Below the pieces are notes generated by a model, which saw only the letters and a program-made list of their open reading frames with translations, did not search any database and was not told the origin of the DNA. A program made the translations under genes and the position numbers. Of a stretch of 64,000 bases of DNA, positions 62,736 through 64,000 are shown piece by piece. The stretch is from Coprococcus sp. (GTDB taxonomy: Bacteria; Bacillota; Clostridia; Lachnospirales; Lachnospiraceae): positions 1,681 to 65,680 of the forward strand of contig JAEDHX010000003.1 of assembly GCA_016296785.1 (NCBI GenBank), read 5' to 3'. Numbering within the stretch: position 1 is the stretch's first letter; every line of letters starts with the position of its first letter.

Positions 62736-62764
62736 TTTGCCACGGGGACAGGTCCCGTGGCAAA
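62736..62764. repeat. solitary REP-like palindrome
   Basis: TTTGCCACGGGGACAGGTCCCGTGGCAAA, same core as the ends of 14148..14573. Confidence 0.85.
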
Positions 62765-62792
62765 AATATATAGAAGTTGTTAGTGTGTTTTA

Positions 62793-62867
62793 TATCAGGA
62801 TATTTACTATCAGGATATTTACTATCAGGATATTTATTATCAGGATATTTATTATCAGGATATTTAT
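62793..62867. repeat. 15-bp tandem repeat x5
   Basis: TATCAGGATATTTA(C/T) x5, no spacers. Confidence 0.92.
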
Positions 62868-62928
62868 AATACAAGAAGATTACAAAATTTCAAAAACAAA
62901 TAAAATATATACTAGGAGGAAGTAAGTT

Positions 62929-63942
62929 ATGAAGATTTTAGTTACTGGCGGAGCCGGCTACATTGGTAGCCATACTTGTGTAGAATTGTTAAATGCAGAT
63001 TATGAAGTGGTTGTAGTAGATAATCTCTACAATTCAAGCGAGAAGTCAATAGACAGAATAAAAGAGATAACAGGAAAGGACCTTACATTCTATGAGGCGG
63101 ACATTCTTGATGCAGACAAGATGAATGAAATCTTTGCGAATGAGAAGGTTGATTGCGTAATACATTTTGCAGGACTTAAGGCAGTTGGTGAATCAGTTGC
63201 TAAACCACTTGAGTATTACAAGAATAATATTAATGGAACATTGGTTTTATGTGAGGCAATGAGAAATAACGGATGCAAGAACATCATTTTCTCATCATCA
63301 GCAACAGTTTATGGAGATCCTGCATTTATACCTATTACAGAGCAGTGCCCTAAGGGAACACCGACAAATCCATATGGATGGACAAAGCATATGATTGAGC
63401 AGATACTTACAGACTTCCATACAGCAGATCCTGAGTGGAATGTTATACTTCTTCGTTACTTCAATCCAATAGGAGCTCACAAGAGCGGACTTATCGGCGA
63501 GGATCCGAAGGGAATTCCAAATAACCTACTTCCTTATGTTGCTCAGGTTGCAATTGGCAAGCTTCCTTGTCTTGGTGTATTTGGAGATGATTACGATACA
63601 CATGACGGAACAGGCGTAAGAGATTATATTCATGTAGTTGACCTTGCAAATGGTCATGTTAAGGCAATAAATAAAATCAAGGAAAATCCAGGTGTTAAAG
63701 TATACAATCTTGGAACAGGTAATGGCTACAGTGTTCTCGATGTTGTAAAGGCATTTAGTAAGGCGTGTGGACATGATGTTCCTTACCAGATTAAGCCTAG
63801 AAGACCAGGCGATATTGCTACCTGCTACTCAGATGCCACTCTTGCAAAGGAAGAGCTTGGTTGGGAAGCACAATACGGCATAGACGAAATGTGCGAGGAC
63901 TCATGGAGATGGCAGAGCATGAACCCTAACGGCTACAACTAA
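62929..63942 (+). CDS. galE: UDP-glucose 4-epimerase
   Basis: [32 protein letters not shown]. Confidence 0.97.
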   Translation: MKILVTGGAGYIGSHTCVELLNADYEVVVVDNLYNSSEKSIDRIKEITGKDLTFYEADILDADKMNEIFANEKVDCVIHFAGLKAVGESVAKPLEYYKNNINGTLVLCEAMRNNGCKNIIFSSSATVYGDPAFIPITEQCPKGTPTNPYGWTKHMIEQILTDFHTADPEWNVILLRYFNPIGAHKSGLIGEDPKGIPNNLLPYVAQVAIGKLPCLGVFGDDYDTHDGTGVRDYIHVVDLANGHVKAINKIKENPGVKVYNLGTGNGYSVLDVVKAFSKACGHDVPYQIKPRRPGDIATCYSDATLAKEELGWEAQYGIDEMCEDSWRWQSMNPNGYN

Positions 63943-64000
63943 CTCGCCACGGGGACAGGTCCCGCGGCTAAAAATCTATCAACCGCAGCTTGCCATCTTG
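63942..64000. mobile_element. left end of a second copy of the palindromic element (runs off window)
   Basis: ACTCGCCACGGGGACAGGTCCCGCGGCTAAAAATCTATCAACCGCAGCTTGCCATCTTG matches 14149-14207 with about 5 substitutions. Confidence 0.8.

Noticed and set aside
62793..62867. CRISPR array, and ORFs 62377..62874 and 62737..62925
   Set aside because: 15-bp units without spacers; the ORFs are by-products of the repeat or antisense to galT.

Overview
Chromosomal region of a low-GC, spore-forming anaerobic Firmicute; gene content and order look Lachnospiraceae-like (inference). In order it contains: the 3' end of metG; a glmS ribozyme with glmS; FHA, DivIVA-like and output-less PAS/PocR/GAF genes; mreB-like/recD2/comF; a SpoVK/CbbX-type AAA ATPase; a 426-bp palindromic repeat element; eukaryote-type hisA; a GH9 lipoprotein; a GtrA-YfhO fusion; a hybrid kinase; a 10-gene Tad/Flp pilus locus; dnaX-ybaB-recR; pfkA; a ferredoxin missing from the ORF track; a pfl locus; mecA; an amidase; sua5; rpiB; a complete V/A-type ATPase operon; and galK-galT-galE. 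No CRISPR array, rRNA, tRNA or transposase was seen. The most striking observation is a naturally split pyruvate formate-lyase. The 681-aa PflB core stops before its glycyl-radical domain, and that domain is a separate 80-aa gene. Between them lies a 71-aa gene that copies the docking helix and strand of the radical domain but has a Cys-rich acidic tail instead of the RVSGY radical loop, a possible decoy or placeholder subunit. All domain assignments come from motif recognition by eye, not database searches.
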